From assembly GCA_040954595.2 (NCBI GenBank), contig CM082595.2, forward strand, positions 10,408,482 through 10,472,481: DNA of 64,000 nt, in the 5' to 3' direction. The notes below the pieces were generated by a model, which did not search any database, had not been told where the DNA came from, and was given only the letters and a program-made list of their open reading frames with translations. Both the position numbers and the translations under genes were made by a program. This document shows positions 26,201-41,174 of this stretch, piece by piece (position 1 is the first letter of the stretch; each line of letters starts with the position of its first letter). The stretch is from Balanoglossus misakiensis. Lineage: Eukaryota; Animalia; Hemichordata.

Positions 26201-26343
26201 AATTCTTCATTTTTCTGTCATGCGTAGGAATTGATCAGTGCTAACAACCCATGTCAAAATGGCAGCACTTGCCAACCCTAACCTCGTGTGGGGCATTGAC
26301 GTGCACCTGCCAAGGATGCTATACTGGGAGCGCTGTGAAAATT
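20229..26343 (+). pseudogene. 8-Cys EGF exon array, copy 2 (exons 5-8 and the start of exon 9 deleted)
   Basis: Duplicate of 3312-11656 with the 2230-bp deletion. Confidence 0.88.
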
Positions 26344-26786
26344 GTCAGTCAGTTTCTTTTGTCAAATTAATCAATATGTGTGGGACTGCTATACATGTAT
26401 ATAAAACAGAATACTGCGATGGAAAATTCTATAACTTAATGTTTCACTGGATATATGACTTAAAGTTAGCAGGATGCAGTGAATTCAACAGAAAGTGTAA
26501 TTTCCTCTTGTGTGAGCTCTGTGCGACTGTGCCAATGAAAATCTCACCACAAACAAAAATGACAGGTATACACTGTATATTAGCAGCTTTGTCTCTGTAA
26601 TAGCCATAGTGTTTTGAAGTTGAAAACTTGCAAAGTGTGCAGTTTTATTCACACTACAAAGGAAACATTGTTGAAACGGATTATCTGTGTACATTGTCAA
26701 ACTGTACACTTGTCGCGAGATTTATTCTCAATTATATTATATCATGCTACCGTCCGCAATTCTGATTGGACGAGAGCTAAATCCAG

Positions 26787-28030
26787 CGATGCTAAAATAC
26801 TCAATAATGCACTGCTGACAGTGGTAAAACGGGCTTTCTGTTTGCCACATGGGTTTGTTCTTTAGGTTGTTGTATGTGTTTACACTCATCATGTTTATAG
26901 TAGAACCAGGGTCGATCAGTGAGGCAACTGCTGTTTGTTCTATCTGCACTGTTACTTGAGGCCTCCTGCCATTTGATTGTTGTTCAGTGAAGCAGTATTC
27001 ATCTCCCGAGCTGTCTTCCACTTTATGCACAGCTTTGACAGTTTCATCCTTGTCTACCCTATTTGCCTTGTCTTTTGATCGGTAGCATTTGGCAAAATAG
27101 TTAGGTTTGCCACACTTCCTGCATGACTTGCCTTTAGCTGGACATACTGAGTCATGTGGATAGGTGCCACCACAATAATAACAAGTGGACGGTCCTTTCG
27201 CTGGCTGCTGATGAGCTCTCTTTTGTTTATTTGGTTTCGGGCGTTGGTGGCGCTGTTTTCTGACCGCATTCACAGATGCCGTATCTGCACCATAATTTTG
27301 GGTTTTCTCCTCAATCCCACTAGCCTGAACCTCTGATACCTCAAATGAACAGGCTGTACTCAGTAGATTCTCTAGTGTCGTCTCCTCCCGAAGTGCACGA
27401 CGTCTGAGACGGGCTGATGTGAATCCTCGTATGATTTGTGATTTGACCTCTTGATCCTTATTGGTGAAGTCACATATGTTTCTGCTAGGCATTGCAAACA
27501 AGTGTGATAGGCATCAATCGATTCGCCGTTGTTTTGTATGGTGTCTCTGAAGATAAATCGTTCGTATTCAATGTTCCGTTTGGGTGAGAAGTATGACGAA
27601 AGCTTTAATTTGGCTGTTTCACAGCTAGTTCCTGTATCTGGTAGAGTATCAAAGAAGTCGGAAACTTCCTCACCTGCCCAGTGCAATAGCAGTGCACGTT
27701 GTCGCTTGTCATCTGTAATGTTGAATGCGACAAATGCGTTTTCTACTCTAGCCATGTACTTTTTCCATCTCGTACTGGTGGTTGTCGGGTCTGAATGAAC
27801 AGGAAAACTCGGCATTGACGGCTAGCTGATTCTCCATGTTCTCCGTCCTCGTCGCCAAATATAGAATCGTTGGTGGGCAATAATGACAACACGAGACACC
27901 AAGTCCGGCATGTAAGAGTGAGAGTGCCTAGCCTCGTTCACGCACTTTATTCATAATGACCCGAATGTTGCATTACGTCATTTTACAGAATGTATAAAGT
28001 ATAGATGCTCACTAGTGTTTGGACACTACA
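26787..28030 (-). mobile_element. Truncated Gypsy-type LTR element, copy 2
   Basis: Duplicate of 12100-13343 (ORFs 26737-27501 and 27372-27815). Confidence 0.9.
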
Positions 28031-28550
28031 ATATACATGTGACTGCAGTGTCTTTCCAATCATGAATTTGCAAGGTGTCCTTCGGAGAAAATCTTCTGAT
28101 TCTCTTTTCTGATTTGCTTTGCATATTTAACTTAATGATCTCATTTGTTGGAATTCCCTGTCTCAAATTTTTGATGATCAGTCTCTGCCCCATTGCTCAT
28201 CGTCCCAACTTTCTGATGATATATGGATGATATATGGGATCAAATCTTTGGTCGTGTATTTGCTACAAATGGTAGGTATTGGTTCGTGATTGAGTCTTTG
28301 TGTTGTATATTTGGGGTCGCAGTGGTATGAGTTTGGATTTATGCCAATCTTTAAGTTAAGTGTTATTTGGGTTGCCGTTGAGCATTGATGGCTTGATAAG
28401 TGGGGCTAGGGTCAATTTTGATTGGGTTTGGATTGTTTGGGCTATGATAGGTTGGGTGATGGCTAGGATTTGTGGTGGGTATAAGGTGTGGTGTAAGAGA
28501 TGGAGGCATTATGGGGTCTGGTGAGGTTTTTGTGAAGGAGGCCATGGTGG

Positions 28551-30558
28551 CTGCAGAATTCAGGGCATGCTGTAGCGGTTGAATGCATGATGATGGTAAA
28601 CCACAGAGTATTGCATTGCAGTAGTCCAGTTTTGATGTGATTAGAGCATGAACCAGCATCTGGCAAACTTCCTTAGTGAGGTAACGGCGAATGTGGCTGA
28701 TTTGACGCAGATGGAAGAAAATTGACTTGCAAATTGCATTAATGTGCTTATTGAAAGTGTAATTGTCGTCGAATGTCACACCTATATTCCGTGCAGAATT
28801 CACAATTTGAACACAACATGATCCAATGCTCATGTGGTTTATGGGACTAGGCGAGCGGTTGAACTGAGACCTTATCAGGGGTACCTCGGGTTTGCCACCA
28901 TTTAGTTGAAGTTTATTATGTGTCATCCAGGTTTTTATTTCGTGAACTGCCCTTTCCATCTTGTCTAATGTACTTATGGTGTCTAACTGGAAGAAATATT
29001 GGTATAGTTGGTTGTCATCGGCATATTGGTGAAAATTGATGTTGTGGTGACAAATAAGTTGAGCAAGTGGTTGGATGTAGCTGCAGAACAAAAGTGGGCC
29101 AAGCACTGAACCGTGTGGTACTCCATATTGTAGATATTGAGGTTCTGACATTGTGCCATACAAACTGCTGTCTGTTCTTAAGATATGATGAGAACCATTG
29201 TAGTGCGATGTTGGTGATGCCCAGTTTTGATAACCTTGAGATGATTGTGTCGTGATCTATGGTATCAAACACAGAGGAGAGATCGAGGAGAACCATGAGT
29301 ACACATTTACCGGCATCCAGTGCCATACAAATATCGTTGTTGACTTTAGTAAGTGCTGTTTCAGTACTGTGATCCTTTCGGTACGCTGACTGCAGTGGTT
29401 CTTGTAGTGAGTTGGTAGTCAAATATGATGTCAGTTGTTGTGCTACAATCTTCCCGATTACTTTTGACAGGAAGGTTAGGTTTGAAACTGGTCTATAGTT
29501 CTTGAAAATGTTTTTGTCGAGCGAAGGTTTCTTGAGTATATTGGTGTGATGACTGCTATTTTAAGTTATTCAGGAACAGTTCCAGTTTTGAGTGACAAAT
29601 TGATAATTGTGGCTATGATAGTGAGCAGATTATCAAGACATTGCTTATCAAGTGCTGTAGGGATGAGATCAAGTACACGTGTTTTAGATGGAGACTGACG
29701 GGTTGGTTATAAGCTGATATGGCGGAGGAGAGGTCATTTGGAGGCTAGGACATTTGATGTATTTTGTCGAGATCATGGCTGAAACTATCAATTGAAATGG
29801 CAGATATGACGATAAGATATTTGACGTCTACTGTGTGTTGGTTTCGGAAGAGCAAGTTTTGCATTGACAGGATTGTGATCAGAGAGTTCCAAGCAGTCTA
29901 CAGAGACACTCTTGATGTTAGACGCAGAGTTAGATAAGATGAGATCAAGAGTATGACCCTTTCTGTGTGTTGGTTGTTGGACCCATTGTTTCAGATTACA
30001 GGCGCTGATGATTCCATTGAATTTCTGTGTTACTGGATTCTTATCATCTTCTAGGTGAATATTGAAATCTCCTACGATGAAGAGATTACTTGAGCAGGTG
30101 ACATACTTCTCAAGTGTTGTAATGAACTCTTCCATGAACTGTGGTGCGGTGAATTTATTATTAACTGATGGTGGTGGACGGTAGACAAGAATTATTTTCA
30201 TGGAAAGTTTCTGGTGAAGAATAGTTGCTTCCGCTGCCTCAAAAGATTTAACAGAGAGAATAGGCTTCCAAGCTGTTTATTTTAGTGCTAGCTTATGAAT
30301 TTAAGCTAAGCCTCCACCGATCTTGCCAACCCCAGGTAGATATTTGACAGCATAGCCTGGTGGTGTACATTCAGCCATTACGTGTTCGTCACCAGATTCC
30401 TTCAACCATGTTTCAGTGAGTACAAGAATATCAATTTCTTTATCTGTGATGTAGTCTGCAATGTCTAATGATTTGCATCTAGCTGAGCGGACATTCCATG
30501 TAGAGAGTAGAAGTTCACACGTATTGTGGACAGGGTGGATCTTGAATACTGCATAGTC
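28551..30558 (-). mobile_element. CR1/L2-group LINE fragment, copy 2
   Basis: Duplicate of 13864-15871. Confidence 0.93.
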
Positions 30559-31526
30559 ACTCTTCAATAGATATTTAGTGACTCGCTAACTGTTGCGATT
30601 CGTGTGTGTGTAATTTACGTACTTCAAGTTAAATATCGCAACTAGCCGTAATGTTTGACTAGGGGGAGCACCTATACTAATGCGAGTACCAGGGATTGAA
30701 AGTTGCACCTGTATTTTGATCCCTTAGTTACCCTTATAAGTACATTTGTAGTTTAATAACCATAGTTCTATTGCAAACCATTCTTTCCGTAGTTTCTTGT
30801 TTCAAATATTGTAATCTGAATTTATTATGATGTTTAACAGGTGTGATTATCTGTATTTGCGGCCATTTTGAAAAAAAATTGGTTGCCATGGAAACTCTTC
30901 AACAGATATTTAGTGACTCGCTATCTGAATTTGTTCAGTACACATTAACACACATCTGAGCCAAGTTTGGTGCTTTTATCACAAAATACACAATCGATAT
31001 GAAAATTTGGGTTTTGGTGCTCCATTACCTAAGTAACATTAAGGATGTACGTTCAATAAAATGGAAAGTATTGTCATTTTTTTTAATTGTGGATTTTTTT
31101 ATTCTCTTTTGTATGTATAATGAAAATCCGTAATAAAATATAGGGGTCACCGCGCTTGTTTTTGAAATACAGAGCCATGAAATTGGTCGATAATAGAAGA
31201 AATCTGCTGACTCAGCATTTTTCACCAATGGTTTGTTTGTCTATGGCCAAAATTTCTTAATGCAATTTATCTCAAAAAAGAGCGCGGTGACCCCTATATT
31301 TTATTTGACCAATGAATTTATATTTGCTGGACTGAGCTATGTGTAAAATTTCGAGAAAATAACAATAGTAGAAGTTTGTTTTCTGGCGATTATCAATGTA
31401 ATCCTATGGAAAAAAGACCGGACACGCAGTGTTTCCGGTTTATGTTCTGCACGTACATCCTTGATGAAGTTTGCTGGCTAGAGGGCTCCTAAACCTCCTT
31501 AATATTTGACGTCTTCACTCCTACAG

Positions 31527-34167
31527 GACTGCGCAGCTGGAAGTTAAAGTTCAGCATGTTCTGAAGCATGCACGCTGTGTCCAGGGGTTTCATGTGTGGA
31601 ACAGCCAGCCTCTCATCACCAACACAATGCGGACTGGGATATTTTGCCAACAATGGAAGTATAGACTGTACGCCTTGTCCTGCCCCGGGTATAAGTGCCA
31701 ATATGATGGTATGTCGGAGCCAGAGGTGTGTGAAGATGGATACTACACTAATATAGATGGTGAGTCAGCACTTAAAGTTTGGGCATTACTGTGTAATCTT
31801 TCACTTAAAGGCACGTAAGCTGTAACTTTTGGGATAATTTTCATAATTTTTGTTTAAAACTGCACTACCATTAGTCCATGCAGATGAAGGCAGTGAACTA
31901 TACACAAGCATTATAAACCCTAAATATGAGTGCATATGCAAGTTTTAACCAGATAAATAATAAAGCTTTGCCGCAAGCGATTATGGCCGCCACCGTGGGA
32001 AAATGCAAGAAACAATGAAATTGTTGCATTTCCGGTTGTGAAACTTCATAAACAAAACATGATCTCATCCACTTGAGCTCATGGAAGTAAATGTACACCA
32101 CTGAGACATCAGATTTCCATTTTTCATTGCAATATTGCACTTTTTTTAAAATTGCAGGAATTTTTGTTTTTTCTTTAATTTTGGCCATTGTGTCATAAAT
32201 AAGTGTTGAGCTTGATATATTATCATGAAATATCATTTAATAGACATAATTAAAAGCATATATGAGATTATTTAAAACATTAATTTTTTTATCTAGTTGC
32301 AGCTTACGTGCCTTTAAGGCAGACGATCATCTTATGTGCATGTACGTAATTCTGTGCGTACAAACATTACGTCCAGTCCAAATATTCTGCCAATTTTACA
32401 TCCAATGCATTCAAATAGTGGACTGCTTCGCTTTCATCCAGTTTTCATGTGCATCGTATAAGTAGACTTTTGTTTTGTCCCGTCTTTTCACCAAATTTGC
32501 TCTTTTCCAAATCTCCGACACAGACTATGATCGTCACGATCTTGTCTGTTGTTAGAACAGCACACTGCCGTATGGCATTGACTGTACACAGTTTCTGTTA
32601 CCAATATCTCTGGATTGGCATTTTCCTGTCCTCAATCTTTTGCCAGGGATTTTTGTCTCCCCAACCCGCGTGAGAATCCCACGTCTTTGAAGGTATGACT
32701 GTGACTATAAGATTCTATAAATCTCTGTTTATTTTCAGCACAAACATCATGTGCTGATTGCCCAGCTGGTAACCAATGTCCAAATGGTAACTCTGTGATT
32801 TTATGCTCGGCTGGTTATTACAGTTCGGCCTTGGACAAAGGATGTCTCGCTGTACCTCTTGCATAACAGGTAAACTTCTACCCACCCACCTTTATTTCCA
32901 ACATCAAACATTAGGTCAGGTAATTTACTAACTGAAAAATAGGATGGGATCATTTTCTATTTCTGTATTTAAAATTTACTGATATAATATATGAATGAAA
33001 AAATGACAATTTTTCCAAATTTGAATAGACCTCTATTTATGAAAATAATTAAAATTTGCACCAAATGTTTACAGTGGTATTCAAAGGTTAACTTGGTGTG
33101 TAAATTCTCTGTTTGATTTACAGATCAGCTGGTGCTGAACATTGTACTATTTGTGAGCAAGGGTACGCCTGCATAGATCCCAGTGCATCGCAATTCAAGT
33201 GTACCAAGGGTTACGTGTCATTGGCTGGTGCAACAAACTGTACCAGATGTACAAATGGTAAGATTGTGGTACTTGTTCAGTTTGCTGTGTGATGAAACTG
33301 AGGGGTATGTGTGTATGCATGTATGTGTTTACAACAGATTTTCAAGTCAGTGCGACTGGGGGTATGTGTGTGTGTGTATGTATGTATGTGTTTACAACAG
33401 ATTATCAACTCAGTGCGAGATCTTGCGAGACCTGGTTAGCCATGTGAGATCTCGCAGAGTCTTATGATATTCAGAAAATGGTTGATTAGAAATGACGTTT
33501 AATGTCCTCCAAAGAATTTTCTACATGCCTGTATACTTGTCTCAGAATTATGAAGTGAATCATCTCAAGTAATTTGTTATTTTAAATGACACTGTATCAC
33601 AAATACATCACTAAAAACCTCATTTTCTTTAATCAGATGAAATAAGTGAGGAGCCTGCACGCACATCCTGTCTTCTGTGCCCTGCTGGAAAATCGTGTTC
33701 AGATCCAATGTAAGATCCGCTCGACTGTGGCAATGGTGAATATGCTATGGAAGGCGACGGCACATGCACGCCTTGTCCAGTGGTATCCAAGTGTCCAACC
33801 ATGTCACCCGTAGTGGATTGTTCAACAGTTACTGGTAAGTTGGGCTGCAAATCACTCTTTTGACTTCCCTGTGTTATAGCATGGCATACACAGAAAATTA
33901 AACTGTTATGCTTATTGGAGATGATATTGTGATGCACTTTGAAAAACACAATGATTCCACTGAAGAGGTATTGTACAGTTAAACCTGTGATTACGGACAT
34001 CTCTCTAATAAGGGATCGTTGGACCAAACCATGGTGGTAAAAATCGTTCTTTGAATTTTTTCTGTGATAGGTTCATACTCGCTAGGTTCGGCCACGTCCT
34101 TCTGGTTATGAATGCACAACTACAAGTGTCACACAGTGCGCTACAGGGCAGTAAAGTGCTGAAGGAG
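31527..34167 (+). pseudogene. GCC2/GCC3-like Cys-repeat exons, copy 3
   Basis: Same exons and same lesions as copies 1 and 2. Confidence 0.8.
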
Positions 34168-34797
34168 GTAAGTCTTGAAATCCCTTTTCTTCTTGTCTCG
34201 ATTTGAACATGGTTCCACAAGTTGTTTACATCACTTGTAGTTTTACATATTTTTTGAGTTCAACAGCTAGCTATACATGGTGTCCTGAGAAGTCAACCAG
34301 TATGAGAAGTCGGTCTCGGCCAGTACGAGAAGTCGGCCTGTGGGAGAGAACCCTGGTACTCTGTGTTATATATAACTGTTTCACTACGAAATGTTTCCTT
34401 GATGTACAGGAGCTAAGATATTTGTACAAATAGCCGATGAATTTTAAAACTGTCTGTTCACTTTTCATGTACGTCACCGGGGTACGTCAACATCAGTCAC
34501 CTGCACTTCTTGAGCTGCGCCAGTAGTCTGTTCCTTGTCACGTTTGTTTGTTTGTTTGTTTGGTGTTGTCTCAGAAAGTATGAATATACACATACATCTT
34601 CTATGTATTTTAGTAGGCTTTGAAACAACTCCCTTTAATCAGAAATGTCACAGGAATTTGGCGAACAACCTAAGCTCCTTACGCGGATACGAGGCTGGGG
34701 AACCGGTACGGATGCCAGATGCCATTATTTGAAATGACGTCATTGTGTTGTCAAGAATTTGGGAAATCCGTCCAAATGAAAATATTTAGTGCAATTA

Positions 34798-35841
34798 CAG
34801 TCGAACCTCGGTATAACGAAGAACAGGGGACTGTTTGAATCTATTCGTAATACCCGGAGTTCGTTGTAACCACAGAGAAAGTGGGGGCGTGTCACTGGAA
34901 CAAAATGGCGGCCCTTATACACACCCACCCGTACACGCACACAACACGTACTTCATACAAACAAACTTTTTATTACAGTACTTAATAAATTAGTGAAAAA
35001 TCAAAACATAAATGTACAGTATGTTAATAAATAAATTGTACAAAAATCACAATGCGGAAAGAAGTTAAAATTCACGAATTAAAAACTACATGAACCTCAG
35101 GCCGCCAGATTCAATTGTCCGTTTTCCTATCGAAGTTACTCACGCGGGCAAGAAAAAAAGCTCGTAATCTTCGATTGTCGCTGAATGGAACACATGATTG
35201 AAAACATCGTGTCTTCAATCGAAGAGAGATGATGGTAGGTAGCATCATCGATGTTCTCGCGGGACTGCAGATATGCGGCATAACGGTAGCCAAGAGGTCA
35301 CTCGCTGTGTCAAGGACACCGGTCGACGCGTTCCTACATAGGGCTTTTCGAAAACAGTTCGCGATGGTATTCGATGTCACCTTCAACCATGATGAGTGTC
35401 TCATATCGGTCATTTTCAAATTTAAGATCAAAGTCAAAATCCCGTAATGTGTAAATGACTTGAAAGCTTTTTTCGCATTGATGCCAAACGACCTGTCAAA
35501 AGCGTGATGCTTAGTAAGCACATGTAAACAATAGGCGAGAATTTGCTGCCCTGACCCCTATTCAGACATTGGACTGCCGTAGGAAGATGTGAAGAAGTTA
35601 CACAGCATTTTAGTTTGATCAAAGTCAAATTGCACATTGTTTATTTCCAACCTTTATTCAAAAAAGTGTTCGTAACACAATGAAAATGTCTTCGTTGTAA
35701 GCGGTGATTGATAAATGTTCGTTCATTGTAAGTGGTATGAACGGCCATAGAAAACAATGGTACCAATTTGGGACTATGACTGTTCGTTCGTTGTAAGCGG
35801 TTTTTCGTTGTAAGCGTTTTCGTTATACCGAGGTTCAACTG
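34798..35841 (-). mobile_element. Tigger/pogo-like (Tc1/mariner) deletion derivative, specific to copy 3, nested in the 34279-35991 element
   Basis: TA|CAGTCGAACCTCGGTATAACGAA ... TTCGTTATACCGAGGTTCAACTG|TA. Minus-strand remnant SSWLKVTSNTIANCFRKA resembles the pogo/Tigger DDE C-terminal motif. Copies 1 and 2 have an empty site (gcaattatattt). Confidence 0.9.
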
Positions 35842-38800
35842 TATATTTTATTAAGTGTTGTTATAAGTAATCTGGGTCATTACTGCACTATTCGGGTACA
35901 AGTTCAACAACTGGCCGACTTCTCATACTGGCCGACTTCTCATGCGCGCGTACTGGCCGACTTCTAATCTGGCCGACTTCTCATGTATTCCTATACATTA
36001 GTGAAAATTGGGCAAACTGGTGTTTTCAGACAACTTATGAAGTCCTTGTCTCAATGGAGGTACCTGTCAACAACAGGTAAATTCTTGTACTGCCACAATT
36101 TGCATGTGCACAGAGTGTTACTAGGGAACCAGTTGTGAGACAAGTAAGTTTGAATCTGTAGCAGTTAATAATGATAATTATCATTTTTTTATTATGATTT
36201 AAACTTCACTGATGTTGTACAAACACAAAAATAGAAAGGGATAGCAGCTTAGCTCTATTCCGTTTCGAAAGTTTTTGTTCTTTTAAACTACCTGTGCATT
36301 TTTTTTATTTATTCTGATTATGCTAATATGCTAATTTGTCGGTTTGTCACATCACAATTTTTGAAGGAAACTCAGCCACTTACATACATTCATAATCACG
36401 TGACATTGATGATCATGGAAAATTTGACCCTTTTCCTTGCAGGACTCAACCAGTGTCAACCAAATCCGTGCCAGAATGGTGGCTTCTGTCAACCGGCTCG
36501 AAATTCCTGCTTTGATCTCACCTGCATATGTACTGGTTGCTACAAAGGTGATAGGTGTGAGATATGTAAGTATACAGCGCAGTCTCTTTTACCTTTTGTC
36601 TCTGATGCATTCAAATACTGCATGTTTCCTGAGCATAGGTGTAGCCATCTCCACAGCAGAGCTTGGAGAGTTCTTGACATCGAATGCAAGATTACACTCT
36701 TTCCAATCAAAATCACTTTCGTGGCGCATAATGTCTTGATTGTCTTGGTTCAAGAAACATTATGCGCGACTGGCCAATTTTACTGCCTTTTGTCAACACA
36801 CATCCACTATGGAAATTCTCACTCCAGGCCAGATAGTGTAAATTTACATATGAGTCTACAGGTGTGCTTGAAGTCAAGTCAAGCATTTGCAAGGAACCCT
36901 CCTCCAGTACACAGGTCTTTGATTTCATGAAGGGAAGCCCTTGCCTCACAGTCACTGCCACATGATCTATGGAGGTGTGAACAACTTGATACCAGCCTAA
37001 TATAAGTTGTAGGCACAATCATTCCGCACACCCTTGCCATAATTCTGCAAGGTTTTTGCCATATCTGTACTGTAGAATGAGTAGCAAGGAATAAAATGGC
37101 GTCCTTTCTTAATTTCCAGTGCAAAACCCCTGTGATCCCAACCCATGTATGAATGGTGGATTTTGCCAGCAAACATCGTGCAATTTCTATTCATGCCAGT
37201 ATGTGAACTCTTACACAGGTGACATCTGTCAAACCATAGACCCTAGAGAAAGAAGGACGAGCAACTGCGGCAAAGATCAAAGGGTTTGGGGATTATCTGT
37301 ATGATGATGTTTTTTTGCATATAATTAACACCCAGGACAGTTGGACAATGACTTCCTTACTTCGGCACGTGTCGACCCCACCAGTGATGCGAAAACTTGC
37401 CACCAAACTGGCACTCCTGCATTTCAGCAGCCACTGCGTTTTTTTCTAAAATTCTAAAAGTATTACGATGTCTGTGATAATTATTATGGTTTGGTGTTCG
37501 TCTGTCGGTTGAACGGTCATTTCTAGTGCCACAAGCTTCATTTAAAAATTGTAAACAAATCATCCATGTTTTTGCATGTCCGACTGGGCACTCATATTTC
37601 TTAGTAACGCTGACACTTTTCGTAATAATTTTATGTTTGCGTGAAGCATTGAAATAAAAATTGTGGTTTAGGGGCATTTTATTTCGCAGTGCGTGAACAA
37701 TAAAACAGATTTCACGAAAACAATTTGTAAACAAACTGGGTGGATTATCATGTGTGCGCTATGGCCGCCAGGCAACCCTCGGTACGGTTAGCTCACAGCC
37801 TTGTGAAATACCCGGACTGTTAGACAAAAGATGCTTGTTTTGGACGCTGTCAGACTCAGATTCAAATTCCTGTTTAACTTGTCCAGATGTGTTCCATAAA
37901 TAATCGCTGCGTTCAACCACGTTGCAGTTTTCTCGTCTTCTGCGAGATGTTCTGAGGTGTTGTGATAACTTCACGCAAAACACGAGACTTTGCGTTAGTT
38001 TATACACAGTTTATTTGCAAATTGGATTATTGGGATTTATCTGGAAATAATGTATGCAAAAGAACATCATTTCAAGAAAAAACTGGAATTGCGCGTCCTT
38101 CTTTCTCTAGGGTCCATGGTCAAACAAGTGAGTATATACTTTCAAGACACCCTGCAAACAAACAAGCAATCTTCATTCCGTAGATCTTTTAAGCTTATTT
38201 ATACATTGTAAATTTTGATGTGAAACTTTATTGGTCTTGTTGCCAAACTTCTGAAGAAATGAGGATATTGTTTTGAAGGGTATTTTATCAGTAGGTAACA
38301 AATACCATGGCCCTCCATGCAAATACCCACATGGTAAATTAAAACTGTTACAGATGTATTTGATTTCCACATATTGATTACATGTGGGATAATATTGGGT
38401 GCTGGCAGTTTCAGTAAATGAACTGCTCTTAAAAGTTGGGCGTCAGGGCACCCTTGATTTTGCCTGTTCCAAGCTAGAATAGTCTGTCCATATGAATATT
38501 TGTTCAGCAAGTTACAAGCAATCTTTTAAGTTTGGAATGAAAAAATAGTGAAATGACTTGTGATGTTAATATGCAATTGTTGGTTGATTTACATGCAACC
38601 CCCAGGACTCGATCAATGTTCTCCCAATCCGTGCATGAACAACGGTATCTGTGAGCCAATCAGTGGATCGTGCAGTGCGTTTACCTGTCGCTGTCAAGGC
38701 TGTTTCATTGGAATCACCTGTGACCAAGGTAAATTTATCAGACGAGGAACTGTTTTTCCCCCCTCATACCGGTATATTTGTCATAGCTGGCAGCTATGAA

Positions 38801-40050
38801 ATTACCTGTATATTTAGGATGTGACAAACCAAATAGGCACTTTCAGGAATTGAGTCTTTTTTGCAATTACCACAGTCCTAAACTCCCAAAAGTATAATAA
38901 GTAATTCTTATTGTTCAGTTATACATTAAGGAGGCTTAGTTATAGGAGAACCCGATAGAACCACAGCTGTAGGAATTAAGGAAATGGTCATACCCTAAAA
39001 ACTTATGTCACTACTATTTATTTTTTTTCATTCCATTGAAACAGAACAAACTCCATGTAGGCCAAGTCCATGCCTGAACAATGGGCAGTGTACTCGGCTG
39101 TCGTGTACAACTTATGAGTGTACTTGTCCAGGATGTTTCACCGGCACACACTGCAGCCAGTGTAAAACTCATTAAAACAAACGTTTTGTCATGCAGGAAC
39201 TAACATTTACAATCATGTCTCAATACATTGTCTGTTGGTCATACTTTATATTTTCATCTTCAGCATAACACCTTGGGCCTTGGGAATCGTTCACCTCAAA
39301 AATGATGTACAACTGAAAGAAAACATGTTTATTTTCATAGCCCCACAAGTGCGTCCCAGAATGAGCAAGTTGTTTTTGGAAGTGAAGTTCCGTTCAGTAT
39401 TTACAGTAATGGTAATGATGATGTTTTTATCAAACAGATTTTGAAAGTAAATATTGCTGAGATAACATTAGGTTGCACTTTTTATTGCAGTCCAAGATCC
39501 ATGCCAGCGAAACAGCTGTCTCAACGGGGCTGTATGTAATGCAGTGGCCAACTCCTGCACGGCATATACCTGTGCCTGTACTGGTTGCTATGAGGGTAAC
39601 CGTTGTGAAATATGTAAGTTTCTGACGTACCGTAAATGACAATCTTTTGGGCACTTTCTCTTCATGGCAATTGAATTGTGTGGTAACTTCTCATTTCTAA
39701 AATTCCCACAAGAGAAAAGAAAACAGAAATTTCATTTGTATGTCCGTGCAATTTAGGATAGGCACGAACTTGTGAGGAAGTGTACGAAGCTGGATGTTTT
39801 CATCACTCAAATATACATGAGTTGCCTCTTGAAGACTAGTGTCTGTAGAGATAATTGTGCATGTGAGGTAATTTCTCCTAAGGTGGTGCACACATCTGTT
39901 TATTAAGTAAAAGGGACGTCCTTAATTATCCATACTATTTGGCTTGAAAAATCAATCTTACTAGGTGTTCTGATTAGAGAGGTGTCCATAAAGAGAGGTT
40001 TTACTGTATTACCCAAAAATAGAGACATTGTCCCTTCATCATATACTTAA

Positions 40051-41036
40051 GGTAGTTGGAAAGGCTAGGGCGTCAGTTAAAATTTCATTTAAAAACACTG
40101 AATTTATATCTAGAAATGTATTAGAGAAAAATTAAACTCATAAAAAATTCGGGGCAATAAACGTGTAACAAGATATGGCTGGTTTTATGATACCTAATTT
40201 CATTCATCTGGCAAGGAAGCTAGGGAGCCTTATTTGAGCGCCCTCTAGGGGAAGACTTCTCCTAGGCTATGCGCACAAGAACGGGTTCCCCTAGCCAAGG
40301 GCATTTAAATGTAACTTGCAAACACTGATTCTTGCAATTTTCAACGATAGATAACCTTGCTTGTTTATTAAAGGCTGCCAAATTATGGACATTTTTACAT
40401 TTCTAGGGAACCCGAAAAGCCAGCGGAAAAGCGTTTGACCCAGATAAATGCGATCCTTCGCTGTGAACTGCCGCTAAACTTTGCGTATTTCGCTACTTTT
40501 CTGCCCTTCGCCATAATGTAATGGTTTTTATTTGTGATTGAATAGGTATGCCAGATATTTTTTTTATCATGAAACTTTCAGGAAAGGCTCGGGACATCCC
40601 AAAGAACAATTTTACGGGACAGTTTTTTCATAAGTTTTCCCGTTGTGTTTTGGCAGCACGTTAAAATTGTATACAAAATATCAACAAAAACTGTGTTTTC
40701 CTGAGTGATAACTTTGAAAAAAATAAGTTTTTGCTAAAAGTGTCCCATACATTGCTGGAGGGGTTGCTTCATATTAAAATGAATACAAATTATTCAATAA
40801 TTTGTGAAAACATGTCAAGATTCAATCAATATTTTGTAAAATTATGAATATTTATATTTAGGCGTATCAAATTTCATAATTTTAGCAGATATTTTTACAG
40901 TCATATTTTTCCCTCACTTTTTAGTTTGTTAAGAACACATGCTGCAAATTTCAAGTCATTATCTTTATTCTAACTTGTGAAAATAAATTCACAAACATTG
41001 AGAGAATTTGCTTCAAAAATAGCCTTTCCAACTACC
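40051..41036. mobile_element. Kolobok-like TTAA MITE, specific to copy 3
   Basis: ttaa|GGTAGTTGGAAAGGCTA ... TAGCCTTTCCAACTACC|ttaa, a perfect 17-bp TIR. Copy 1 has a single ttaa here (atatacttaatgcg, ~7343). Confidence 0.92.
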
Positions 41037-41174
41037 TTAATGCGTGTTCTGGGTATGGTTCCAGTATAATGCTTGTGTCAAAGGATTTTGTTGTGGTGCA
41101 GGAATCATCTTTAGTTGAGGTATAGCCATCTGCATTTCATGTTTTTTAAACCATTTTTTTCTGATAGTCATTAA

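Larger units (their letters stand above)
16986..31673. repeat. Segmental duplication copy 2 (14688 bp; lacks copy-1 6205-8434)
   Basis: Near-identical to copy 1. The offset jumps from 16915 (5795->22710) to 14685 (8481->23166) at the junction ccacagctgt|cagaatggtgg at ~23119. Confidence 0.97.
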